A stretch of 57,664 nucleotides of DNA, counting the filler, from Dugesia japonica (Eukaryota), in the NCBI GenBank assembly GCA_001938525.1. It is 5 parts of 5 records of this genome, joined end to end, with 100 filler letters (N's around TTAATTAATTAA, not from the genome) between each part and the next. Parts side by side here need not be neighbours in the genome. Positions count along the whole stretch, not along the records: positions 11,452 to 21,887 come from MQRL01549823.1; positions 21,988 to 36,640 come from MQRL01573726.1; 3 more parts are not named here. One strand, written 5' to 3'. This document shows, piece after piece, positions 14,042 through 26,200 of the stretch. Numbering within the stretch: the stretch's first letter is position 1; each line of letters begins with the position of its first letter. Below the pieces are notes generated by a model. The model saw only the letters and a list, made by a program, of their open reading frames with translations, did no database searches and was not told the origin of the DNA. The translations under genes were made by a program, and so were the position numbers.

Positions 14042-14673
14042 ATGGTATCACTTATTTATTTTTGTCACAATTTTAAAATTAATTTTCAACACAGGAACAA
14101 ATATTATCAAATTTTGTAAGTTTTATTTTTTAATTTATTTTAAATTTATTGTTATTCTATTTTAGTTACACTGAATTCAAATAATGCTAGTGAAGGATAA
14201 TAGAGTAAAAGATTATTTGAGAAACTAAATTTATTATAATATTAAGATTGTAAATTAAATATTTATTTTCAGATTATAAACGAAAACCAATATTCCAATG
14301 GAGCTCCGATTTCTAAAAATATAAAACAACCAGTAAATTGATTATTACTATTTTGATTATTATTATTATTTCTTTTCCTCAGTTATTAGAAATGCTGAAT
14401 GAAGAGAAAAGGAGAGAAATTTCAGTGGATCCGAGCCTCGTTCCTAATGATGTGGGCAGCATTTATGCTATGAATAATAAATGTAAGATTATGTATTGTT
14501 ATTATTACTTTTCTTTTCTTTTGAAGTTAAATTTATTTAAAAAGTTTTATTTATCCGAATAATAATAGTAATAATACATTATAGACTTTGCTTTTATATG
14601 ATTTTATATAAAAAGATGATTTTGAATTTATGTAGATTTGCTTTTTTTAAGTTATATTTATTTTAATATTATC

Positions 14674-14717
<44 letters not shown>

Positions 14718-16876
14718 ATTATAGACTATTGATTTCATTTATTTTGAAAACATGTTATATTGTAAATTATGTTGATTTACCGTTCTTTAAATTCAAAACT
14801 TGTATGTTAATTTTAAGACATGCATATAATTTCAATTGATATATTTAAATTATTTATTTTGTTATATTAATAAAAATTATATAAATAGGTATATAATTAA
14901 CATTAAAGTTTTAATATGCAATATGTATGCAAATTCAACAAAGAAAATTCACCATGGTTGCAAATTATAATCAATTTCAACAGTTTAAAATAATTATTCA
15001 TGTTAATGTAAAATGTCTAATAAACATATTAATATTTTCGAGACGGATGTAAATTTTCTCCCAAATACTGTACAAATACAGCTCATAATGACCATTACCA
15101 TGATATTATGGAGAAATATATAGAGGACGAAGATTGTGCGATTGTAGAGATTATGAAGGATGAAGATTGCCAAGTTGTAGAAAAGGATTGAAATAATTTT
15201 GAAATTGTGGATGAGTTCAACGCCGAAAATAATGTAATTAATGAAGAGGTTTTAGTTGGCGGCTCTGTAGATGTAGATTCTACACCAAATGTGGAAATTG
15301 AGTCTGATTTATGCAAATTCCATCAGATTTGGAAAATGGACATTTTAAACTGGGGAACAACGGAAATTGTACTGTCGAAAAAATTGATTGATAGATCATT
15401 TGCCAATAATAAAACATGTCAAAATACGATTTGGGGTAATGGTGGAATTTATTAAGGAAAACGAGACAAAAACTTGCAGATTATGGAATCGTGCAGTACC
15501 ACTTACAAATTATTTTTTCGAAGAGGACGTGAAACAATTTAATGAAAAAATAACCATCAAAAGCGAGCTGAGATCAAGTTGGATTCTCCGTCGTATATTA
15601 GAAATAAATTTCGAAATTACGAAAATTTCCAATATGCGTCGGCTGTCTGGAAGTGGATACATTGTAACACCAAAAAAATTAAATAAAATACCGGTTGTTG
15701 TAAACGTATTCAATAACGACAATAAGTGTTTCTTGCACAGCATACTTACCGTGCCCAAAAAGGATGAGGCCGATGAAAATCATATATACAGAGCCAGACA
15801 ATATGATAGATTCATGTCAGAATTGAAGTATGATGAGGCGGATTTGCCGATGAAATTAAAAGACATTAGAAAGTTTGACGAAATTCCGGGTTTATCTATA
15901 AGTGTGTTATCGTGGGACTCTCAATGCATTGAAGACGGTGACGATGATGGGGTGATAAAGCATCCGAACCTCGCTATTATACATCATTTGAACGTTGTTG
16001 GTGGAAAGAGGATTAATTTATTACTGCTGGAAGATCAAGATAAATTTCATTATACCGCAGTATTAAATTTAAATTGTCTCATGAATCGGGATTTGAAATC
16101 AAATGGTGTCATGACACAGACATTATGGTGTCCCAATTGTCTGAATGGATTTTGTTTGAGGGAAACATTCGAAAAACATCAACCNATATGCGATCGAATA
16201 TAAACGGGCACTACCATGTACACTATGCCAACAAAAACAAAATTAAAATTTGAGTATTTCGGAAAAACTGGCACTCTTAAGTCAGAAGCTGCCCTATGGG
16301 GATTTCGAGTGGGTTCACACAGGATTCGATAATGCTTTGGAGGAATGTATGACGGCGGACATTGAATCGTTGCCATACTGATACTCATTACAGGGCGGGA
16401 TTTGGTTATTAAAGCTGAAATACAGGAATATCTAAATGATCTCCCGGTAGCAGCAGAACACCAATGCGCTCCAGACAGTAAAGTGAAAAAATTGATGTTG
16501 ACACATTATCTGAAAAAAAACTACATCATTCACTGGAGGCTGCTACAGATGTATATAAAGTTGGGTGTACAGGTTACAAAGGTACACGTGGGGAGTTCGA
16601 TTTAGTCAAGGAACAATATTTAAGAAGTATATCGATATTAATAGGAAATTAAGATCAGAAGCGGATACAGAATTGGATAAAAACTACTACAAATTGCTCA
16701 ACAATAGCCTATATTGGAAAACAGTGGAGAACCTGAAAAAGAGAATAAATTTGCGCTTGTGTAATTCAGCCAAGAAGTTGATAACATACACTTCGAAAGC
16801 TGGATTTAAAAGAACAATCAAAATAGACGATGGTCTGATATCTGTCCTTCTCAATAAGAAAATTATATGTTTATAA
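14042..16876 (+). pseudogene. polB: Protein-primed family B DNA polymerase (family A) with OTU-like N-terminal domain and putative spliced 5' exons; internally deleted
   Basis: GSGYIVTPKKL..VNVFNNDNKCFLHSIL...FHYTAVLNL...CPNCLNGF..H..IC, then after a deletion NDLPVAAEH, KNYIIHWRLLQ, YYKLLNNSLY(W)KTVEN. Upstream micro-exons at 14042-14482 are inferred from GT-AG sites. Confidence 0.85.
14672..14716 (+). repeat. (AAT)n microsatellite
   Basis: Directly visible; lies in the inferred last 5' intron of polB. Confidence 0.9.
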
Positions 16877-17655
16877 GAACAATTCACAATATTCAAACGA
16901 ATAATCTGAGATATTTTAATAAAATATATTTTTAAAAAATGTCGATTTTCCTTTTAAAAGTATTTTATTTAAGATAATTTTATAAAACAATTTTTTATAA
17001 TTTCCCATAATAAAAAATATCGATTTTGATTTTAAAAAACTTTGATATCATAAAACAATTTTTATAATTTTATACTTTTACCTAATATAAAATATCTATT
17101 TTGATTTTAAAATAATTTAATTTCAAGAAAACACTTTATAATTCTTAAAAATTTATCTTCATTTTTTTCAATAATATTTGACAGTTTCAGAAAAAATTTT
17201 TAAATAATATATACGTAATATATATAAAACTTAAAAAATCTCAGACATTTGAAATCCATGAATCGACCTCACAATTACAAAATCAATAATTAAGAGTGAT
17301 TCAATTTAATTTATTAATTTTTCTCATTTAAATTTATTATGCATAAATTATTTAGATTTTGTTTAAAATAGCAAAATTTGAAAGAAACTATTAAAACACG
17401 GAACATGAACGGATGACATGATGGAATTTGTTTACTTTAAAGTGTTGATAAAACGATATTGTACAAAAATAGCAAATAATTTATTATAAATTGTATCAGC
17501 TTCAACANNNNNNNNNNNNNNNNNNNNNNNNNNNNNNTTTTCATTTTTCTAATTGTAAGTTTTCTTTCATTATTTTACTATTGGAAAATTAATTTAAAAT
17601 TTACAAGGTTTGCCTACCATTCAATTTAATAGAAAATTCTCAATGTGATTATCGA

Positions 17656-17898
17656 ATGAAAGATCTTCTCTTATTCATAAAAGATTTGGAAAATTTTGAT
17701 TATACAATCAATGATAATTGTGCTAATTTAATAGCTACACCAAAAAATATTTCTAAACATTCTTGTTTAAAACATTATAATATTAATTTTACCAAAAGTA
17801 ATGAAATTCCTCTCACTATAAAGGAGTTTTGTGATAAGAAATTTAATAATTCCGATTTTGGATGTAGTGAGGATTGTAGAACATTATTCATTAAATAA
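17656..17898 (+). CDS. Hypothetical 80-aa protein
   Basis: ATG-initiated open frame with protein-like composition in very AT-rich DNA; no motif recognised. Confidence 0.25.
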   Translation: MKDLLLFIKDLENFDYTINDNCANLIATPKNISKHSCLKHYNINFTKSNEIPLTIKEFCDKKFNNSDFGCSEDCRTLFIK

Positions 17899-18490
17899 AT
17901 AATTAAATGACTATTTCGAAATTTTATATTATTATTATTATTATTAATAATTGTAATTATGGGTTAGTTAACTATGGGAAAGATATTCCAATCCTTTCAC
18001 CGTAGCTAACCCATTTCGTTCCGCCAATAAGCTAGTAAAATAGTTGAAGTACCCGTTCCTTTGTGAAAATAATCTATTGATAAACTAAATTTTTATTCTT
18101 CTTTTTATTTCATTAAAATAAAGAAAAAGCAAAAAAGAAAAAAATAAAATGTATTTTTAAAGAAATTCAAATTTCAAATTTGTGATAGATTCAAAAACGA
18201 CAATAGATCTTTTCTACAAAATTCTTTATATTTTATCGAAATTTGTTGGTCTATGTAAATTATAATTTTGTTATTTTAAAATTAAATCTTAAAAAAATCT
18301 TTCGAAAAAAAACATTCAAAAGATTTGCAATTCAATTTGAATAGAAAAGATTTTAAGTGTTTAAATGCGACCCGCAATGTAAATTTTAGAGATAAGTAAA
18401 GATTCTAATTTTAAATGTGGGTCTAATTTAAAAATATTTTTCATTTTTATTTCATAATTATTTTTATTTCTCAATAAATTCAAAAAGTCA

Positions 18491-18523
18491 ATTCCTGACG
18501 AAGACAAAGTCGAAATATCGAAT
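18491..18523 (+). ncRNA. Minimal type I hammerhead ribozyme (Penelope-like/retrozyme type)
   Basis: ATTC-CTGACGA-A-GAC(AAA)GTC-GAAA-TATC-GAAT: CUGANGA and GAAA cores, 3-bp stem II, stem I ATTC/GAAT, palindromic ATAT stem III, AUC cleavage triplet. Confidence 0.6.
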
Positions 18524-18925
18524 CAATATCAAAAAACAATTTTTTGTTCGAAGCTTTTATTTTAAATGAATTCTGAAATACGATCAATAGATATGTCCAA
18601 CAACTATTCTCGCAATAATTGCAATTGTAAAAAATTCAAAATGACGAAATATTTTTTTTAAATACAGTAAATTTTAATAAATTCGTTTGTTATAATTATT
18701 TGAATCTCATATTTGCCACCTCCACTAATGACAACTATTTCAAATTTCTAATATTGTCAGAAGGTTTGGCTTATTTAAATTATGTAAGTCTTTAATATTT
18801 TTAATGTAAAGTTTTTCTTTGAAAATTTTTATTTAAATTATTTTCTTATTTAAAAAATTGTAAATATATAATAATTAAAATAAAAAATACATTTGCTTAA
18901 CATTTAATCAAAAAATTTAAAATAA

Positions 18926-18998
18926 TTTACTATAATAAAAACAATATGAATATATCTCATATATTCAGATATATTCATATTGTTTTTATTATAGTAAA
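18926..18998. repeat. Perfect 32-bp inverted repeat with 9-nt loop
   Basis: TTTACTATAATAAAAACAATATGAATATATCT (18926-18957) and its exact reverse complement (18967-18998); extends imperfectly to ~18910-19014. Confidence 0.9.
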
Positions 18999-19169
18999 CT
19001 ATTTTAATTTTTTTAAAATTTATTAGTCATTAAAGTTATTTATTGATAATAAGAATTATTATTATTATTAATAAGTATTAAAGTTATTAATTATTGTTAT
19101 ATTTTCGTTTAGAAGTTTTAATAATAGTTATTCAATGTTATTGCCAAAGAAGAGAAGGATTATTGATGA

Positions 19170-19375
19170 AAAACGTATTTTTCACCGAAGAACAGTTTGT
19201 AAAAGATTTTTTCCTGAAAGCCAGTGAAATTCTTTGTCCAGATAAAAGAAAGTTGTTTGATGGAATAAGTTTGTCTGCAAATACTGTTGCAAGTAGAATT
19301 ACCGAATTAACCATAAGTGTTCATCAGCAACTGGTTCATATTGCAAAAATGATTTGAAGCATGGTCAGTTGCTAT
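19170..19375 (+). mobile_element. hAT (GTF2IRD2/SPIN-like) transposase fragment
   Basis: FTEEQFVKDFFLKASEILCPDKRKLFDGISLSANTVASRITEL matches the F.dGefvK...lCP.k...f..iSLS..Tv.rRi motif. Confidence 0.75.
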
Positions 19376-19377
19376 TA

Positions 19378-19700
19378 GCAGGTAGATATGAGCGCAACAA
19401 ACCGGGCCCCTCAAGGTATGGGCCTACCCCACCTCCTGATTAGTCATAGACCCGCCTACTTTTGTACTCCGTCCCTTTTTCAGCCCTACCCACTTTTTAA
19501 ATTTTTAAAAAATTTTTGTTTTCCGATGAGTCATACTTTTTCTGAAAATTTTTCTGTCAGATAAAAGACATCATACGCCCTCCCCCTAACCCCTCCCTAC
19601 CCTCCACCATTTTTTCCCGATGAGTCATACTTTTCTTGAATTATTATTTTTTTCCTCGAGGTTGTGACTTATCAATGTCTTTGTTAAACTTGCATTCCAA
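19378..19700. mobile_element. Candidate Polinton terminal (TIR) region
   Basis: Abrupt GC-rich non-coding block with repeated CCGATGAGTCATACTTT (~19522, ~19617) and TGATTAGTCATA. It interrupts the hAT fragment and lies distal to the 3' end of a polB. The partner TIR is not visible. Confidence 0.4.
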
Positions 19701-19856
19701 CTGCAGGTCTTTTTTATATTATTATTTTTTTTCTACCACACACATGAAGCATAGTAACAAATTAAAGATGAACCAATGATAATATAATATGAATGATTAT
19801 ATATAATAATGATAAACAAATTCTCATTTCATTTTATTTCACGAATTAAAATAAAA

Positions 19857-20662
19857 ATGAATCCGGATCAATTTCAATCGAGGCACGCTGTCACGGTTAT
19901 GTTCAATAAGCAATCAATGGTAACATTTTTTTATTTTGTAATTAATTTATTTAGAATAATTTGAAGGAAAAAGGAACTATACATAATTCCTTCCCGTCAA
20001 AATACAAATCAAAACTTCCAACAATATGGAAATATACAAGGGGGATCTGTACATTGAACTATAAGAAGTATTTGAAAACATGCAAGGTTGCAAGAAAAAC
20101 GAAAATCGATAAAAGATACCCATTAAACAATTGGGTTAACCACATTGCAAAAATCTCCAATACCGAATTAATTTTGAAACGCTGGGAATTGGAGAAGAAA
20201 ATCCAAGATGGACTTATGGCTACAATTCAAGCCCAAATTTTGGACTCTCTCGCTATGAGTACAAANNNTAATGATGAGGAAGAAAAAATGTCATTCGACT
20301 CGGACAAATTAGAAAACATCAGCTTTCTTCTTGGTAAATTTACAAATTCGATTGAGATGGAGTTAGAAACAAAAGCAGTTTCGATATATAACGAAAAATA
20401 TTTACAATCAGTGAAGAAAGTGATCAATTTAAATGTCCCTGGAATTCCCCAACAAGTAAAAAATCAAATATTAGATGATTTAAACTTAATTGCTAAGGCG
20501 CAGGCATTAATTGAAATTCAAGGTTGTAAGTTGGATAAATATGCAAGTAAATTTGTTATTATTATATATATGCTTTAATAATTTATTTTAGATCCTGTTT
20601 GTTTTAAAAAAGGTCCGAAATTCATAAAAATAAAAAATTTTTTAAATAAATTTTTACTTTAA
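19857..20662 (+). CDS. Three-exon orphan gene, probably Polinton cargo
   Basis: Exons 19857-19919, 19955-20546 and 20592-20662, joined in frame by 35-nt and 45-nt GT-AG introns; contains a 3-N gap. Confidence 0.55.
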
Positions 20663-20957
20663 AAGTTCTTATTTATTTTAATTTTACTTTTTTATATTTA
20701 AGAAAACCATACATAGGTTGAAATAATAAATAAACCAATTAATAAATACGTTTTATTAAAATATTCTCATTTTTCTTTAGATTTTCTTTTGATTTTTTCT
20801 TTTACATTTGTTTGGTATAACTATACTAAAAACAAAATTTACAAAATAAAATAAATATATCATTTTGAACTTATAAATTTGACTAAAGTTAAAATTATAA
20901 ACATCATTAATTCTTATAAAAAAAATATACCAACTATCATTTCTTCATAATCCATCT

Positions 20958-21887
20958 GTTAGGAAGATACTACACTGTCCTCTATGCTACTTAATGTGTA
21001 ATGCCCATATGGTACTGATATGTTTTTGCTAGTCCACACTCGCTTATCATCGTTATTAGTGAGTGCGACTTTTTTTTTTCAAACTATATAGCTGGTGGTT
21101 TATCGAACCAATTTTAAATTGATTTAATGAGACCGGCAAATTATTTTCATAACAGTCAAGGAATGTCTGATGTTTTAAATTATTATTTCTTATTGTTATG
21201 CCTTTTGCTTTTATCGTTGTTTTATCACTCAAAAGGCTATAACACTTTGGTCTCAAGAAAATCCATTCTTTGTACTTAACCCTTTTACTTTCGTCCTTAA
21301 ATTTCCTAATGACTGAATTTAGATTGTTCCTGTAAAGCAGGTGGCTTGTTTTTTAATTGGATGTGTCCAATAACTGGTCCTCCACCATCAAACCGGTTAG
21401 TTTTTCTAAACTTATATCTACAACTTCAAGGAAAAAGCTATTTGTGTCGCCGGCTACAATATTTATTTTACAAATCTCTTCTATACGATACTTTTCCAAC
21501 TGAATGTACGGTAGTTGGTACATTCTTAACTTTGAGAGGTCAAGTGCCGTTTGTCCAATGTATCTTGGACGATCTAAACATACAATTTCCCTTTTGGAGA
21601 AGGACAGATATTAGATCATCATCTATTTTGATTGATCTTTGAAATCCAGCTTTTGATGTGTATTGTCATCAACTTCTTGGCTGAATTACACAAGCGCAAA
21701 TTTATTCGTTTCTTCAGGTTCTCCACTGTTTTCCTATAAAGACTATTGTTGATCAGCTAATAATAATTTTTTTCTAATTTCGTTTCTGATTCTGACCGCA
21801 GTTTGATGTTCATATCGATATATTTTTTGAAAATTGTCCCTTGACTAAATCAAACTCCCCACGTGTACCTTTGTAATCTGTACACCT
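20958..21887 (-). pseudogene. polB: pPolB C-terminal part (family A)
   Basis: INNSLYRKTVENLKKRINLRLC, DRPRYIGQ..LDLSKLRMY, VAGDTNSFF, GKFKDE, LRPKCYS, KAKG, NDDKR..VPYGHY; highly similar to 16565-16876. Confidence 0.9.
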
Positions 21888-21987
21888 NNNNNNNNNNNNN
21901 NNNNNNNNNNNNNNNNNNNNNNNNNNNNNNNTTAATTAATTAANNNNNNNNNNNNNNNNNNNNNNNNNNNNNNNNNNNNNNNNNNNN
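21888..21987. other. Artificial contig spacer
   Basis: N44-TTAATTAATTAA-N44. Confidence 0.95.
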
Positions 21988-22149
21988 ACTTTCAATGATA
22001 AATTTAAGTGGTTCAATGAGATTGTTATACCCTTACAAATAGCCTTTACAATAGTTAGGTGATGAAAGATAATATACAATTTCATACGCAGTTGTTGCCA
22101 GTGAACTATTTTAACTTGAACTCACTTGGTCGTAATTCACATGATTGTC

Positions 22150-22678
22150 ATACTGATTCATTCTGTGCGATGATGCGTCAATATTTGTGCGTCAATATTC
22201 ATAGTTGATAATGATTGAATACACATAATTGAATACTCGCATGTTATTTGAGTGCATGAAAGAGATATTTTAAAACTGACTGTGTGGTGTGACATTTTTT
22301 ATTGGCTCTTTCTTCGTTGTAGAGAAAATCATAACAGCTGCAAGTAATCAAGAAAATTTCGTCAAAAGCTTAAAAAAAATAACACTTTTATCCTTGGTTC
22401 GTAATTTCTTCAATAATCAGTTATTTGGAAGATTTATAGAAAATGGCGGCCCCATTGCTTGGTCACCACTTTCACTGGATACAACCCTATTGGAATTTTT
22501 TCTTTACAGTTATGCAAAAGATAGCTTGTATTTAAGTAAGATTAAAAATTTGAAAACTATGATTATGAATACCATTGCTACAGGTACTCCAGAAATGCTG
22601 CAAAACACTTCAAATGAGATTTAATACAGGCTTGATATGTTTCGCACAACAAATGGTTCCCATGTTGAAATTTATTGA
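22150..22678 (+). mobile_element. Tc1/mariner (DD37D-like) transposase remnant
   Basis: LVRNFFNNQLFGRFI..GGPIAWSPLSLDTTLLEFFLYSYAKDSLY is a degenerate WPPRSPDLTPLDFFLWGYLK..VY; ends ...TNGSHVEIY*. Confidence 0.8.
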
Positions 22679-23212
22679 CAATAATGAAGGTGCTACGAAT
22701 TTTAAACTTTCTGTTACGTTGTCATGTAAATAAATTAAGTAATTTGGTACTTTGATTAATTTTGTGCATTTTTATTTTTGAACGTTTATTTTATGAAAAA
22801 TAAAAATTATTAGAATCGTCTCAAAATCGTTTGGCGATCGACTTGGAGGGCATCTCTGCTGTAACAGTTTTACAATAAATAGTTTTTAGAAATATCTTAA
22901 ATTCTTGTACTTTTTATATTCTTAATTTAACTTTTGTTTAAATACTCTGATTAACTTAATTAATATTACTAATAGTTACTAAGTGATATTATTAATTTCT
23001 TCATAAGATTAATTGTTAAATTTTATATTATTTTACAATTATTTTCAATTATAAATACAGTAATTATATATATTTTTAATATTTACTAAATTTTAATTAT
23101 TTCAAAAATTTAGCATAAATTTACTTAAACATTTAAAGTTATTTAAGGATTTTTTGAGTTTTAAAGTTTTTATGTTATTGTTTATTGTAATTCAAAAAAA
23201 GATTTCAATCAA

Positions 23213-26200
23213 ATGAATATATTTTATCCATTTGCTCCTTATGAAGTAGGTAATGATTTTTCTTTATTAGAAGATTTGGACAACAGTGTTGAAGTAATAA
23301 TTGATACTATTTTCATTTAATACATACATTCATTTTAGAAACAAGCACATAGTATATCTTCGAATTCATATAATGTAAAATTCAAAGATTTACAGGATAA
23401 TAATATGAAATATGCAACGTATAGCAACACAAGATCAAAACATTTACCCAAAAACGTCCGATTACAAAAATATGTAAATTCTATTGGTTGTGAAGATTTA
23501 ACTGAAGTTACTTTAACTGACGCAATTACAGAACCTTCAGATTCTCCAAAATCTAATTATCCGATAAAGAATGCATTTAAAAATTTGGACTTTTTTTCGA
23601 AAACACCATTTTTAAACAACAAGAAAATTATGCTTTTAGCACCTGATGAATCATATCATAACGTGAAAAAATTTAATAATCAAATTAATCAAAAAAATTG
23701 TTCATACATTAATGGACAAAACTGTGGTTTAATTAAATTCCCATTATTACGAATAAACGATTCTAATTTTCAAAAGGAACAGGTTTTTCCGTCAATATTT
23801 CCAAAGTGTGATTTGAATATTAATCGAAATAAATTCGAGTTTTTGATCTCCTTGGACAAATTTAAAGATAAAGATAGTCATTTTCTTATAGACAGAATTG
23901 TTGAAAATAAAAATGAACACAAAAATATAATAAACAAACAAGACCTTGTAAATTTTAACGTCGACAAAAATGTTGAAAATAATCTTTTAAATCAATCAGA
24001 TGCTAAAATTATTGAATTTGAGAATATGACTAATTCTAATGGTAATAATTCTCCTCGCGATAAGTTCATTGATCTTATTGTTAATTCATCCGAACCAGAT
24101 ATTGTTTTACATAATGGTTACATTATAACAGCTGGTATTATTAAACTTTATATATTTTTTATTCATATATTTAGACAGTATAACATCCCAAAGAGATATT
24201 GATATTATTAGTAATGAAACTAATGATTTTAGTAAGACCAGAATTAGAAAAACTTTGCTTATATATTTTTAGGTAACATAAAAAGAATAAAAGGTGAGAT
24301 TAAAAGTGATAGAAACAATAAAGCAACGAGTTAAATTTTTTAAAAATCCATAGCATTTTGTAGTATTTGTAATAATTTTAGGTTCTGTGGAAGAAAATAA
24401 AAAGATATTTCAAGAAAATAAAGAAAAAAACCAATATGGAATGGAAACGGAAGGTTTTAATATAGTAGAAAATCTAAATAAAAGTTAGTTTATTAATTAC
24501 AAATATATTTCCTTTTTCCTAGATTGTTTTTAACTGCATCGACGTTCTAGTAAACAATTTCTTATTGTTTATTGGCATAATTTACAGTTTACCTTTCAAA
24601 ATGACAGATAGATTTTGTGGGAAGTTATTATAAGATAATTGTTGTTTCTCTACCTTTCGTCATTTGCTGTGGCTCATTGTCTTCCTTCTCGAATTTCGGG
24701 AGAAGGTCTGTATTCACAAGAAAAGCATACTTGCTATAATTTGGTTTGCTTTACATATTTCTCACTTGTTGATGAACGCACGTAGAAAGCACAAACTTGC
24801 TATAAAAGCAACTCTGGTATTAACAAAATCATCAGAAAATTCATTAAATTCACTGAGTTGCAATTCATCTTGTTTTAAATTGTCACGACTATCAAGGTTT
24901 ATATTGATATCTAATTATTTTACTCATCTTCTATTACTTCATAATAATTAATTATAACAATACTGCTTAGGCTATTTTTACTCTTCTAGGTTATCAGCGA
25001 TTATTTATTAATTAAATTAAGTAAAATATTTTATTAAGATTTCNNNNNNNNNNNNNNNNNNNNNNNNNNNNNNNNNNNNNNNNNNNNNNNNNNNNNNNNN
25101 NNNNNNNNNNNNNNNNNNNNNNNNNNNNNNNNNNNNNNNNNNNNNNNNNNNNNNNNNNNNNNNNNNNNNNNNNNNNNNNNNNNNNNNNNNNNNNNNNNNN
25201 NNNNNNNNNNNNNNNNNNNNNNNNNNNNNNNNNNAGAAAGGCCAAAGGAGTTTGTTTGTAGTTGCTTTCATAGATAAAGAACTGCGTGAAATCTATGAAA
25301 ATGAAAACGAATCATTGAGATTTGAAGAAAGATTCAGAAAGGCTTTCTTTAGACCATCAACAATGATTAAAGATACGGAGGAAGCTCTAAATTATCGAAG
25401 GAATGGAGAGCATATAAATATCTATAAGAAGAATATTGAAGGATTGGTATAAAAGTTAATGGCTCATAAATGGAACAAAGAGGACATAACAAAAGAGCTA
25501 ATAATGAATAGTTGCTTACTTATTACTTATAAATTTCATCAATACCTAATTTTTTTGTTTTCTTTCCCTTCCATATTATATTCCATATTATACTTCAACA
25601 TTTTTCGTTGGTTTCATTTTCGACATTCGTTCTTCATTTCTTTTCACTCTTTATCGATGTTATTCATATTTGATTCTTGATCTTCTTCTTGCATTTGCCT
25701 TTTTTGTTTTATGTTGTGATGCTTTACCAAACTTATCTGTGATTTATTTCAACATAAGTAAAGATTAATTCAATTAATTGATGCTATTTTATAAAATAAA
25801 TATTTGAACCTTCAAAATCAAGTTTTTTAATAAATAATTAATTTTTAAACAATATTTAAATTGTTATGACTTAATTTTTAAAAAATTTAGAAGTTGCAAT
25901 TAATTATGAATATCCTTCATTACAAGATATTCCAATATTGGCTCCCGATATTTTAGGGAAAATAAATTTACGAAATAATGAGGTTTAATAAATAAATAAT
26001 CATCGAAAATAATTTAATTATTTATAGAAAGTTAAACATTTCTTAGGGGTGAAAAGTATAGACGAAAATGGTTGGAATGAGATGATCTCGATTAATTTGG
26101 ACAACGTAAATGATAAGAGTAGTTCTGTAAATGAACTTGTGCTTGTTGATTCGGAAAATATTAATATCGATAAAGACAGTTATACTAATAAAATTATGGG

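Noticed and set aside
15510-15758. Antisense ORFs over polB, integrase and PLA2 genes (e.g. 15510-15758, 21346-21642, 41336-41632, 53286-53531, 54183-54554)
   Set aside because: These are shadow frames of recognisable genes on the opposite strand.
16915-17150. Degenerate ~65-bp AT-rich repeats after polB as a replication origin
   Set aside because: Too low in complexity to distinguish from an ordinary decayed minisatellite.
17960-18036. Imperfect hairpin followed by CTAG as a Helitron 3' end
   Set aside because: The pairing is loose, and no matching 5' end or helicase remnant was found.
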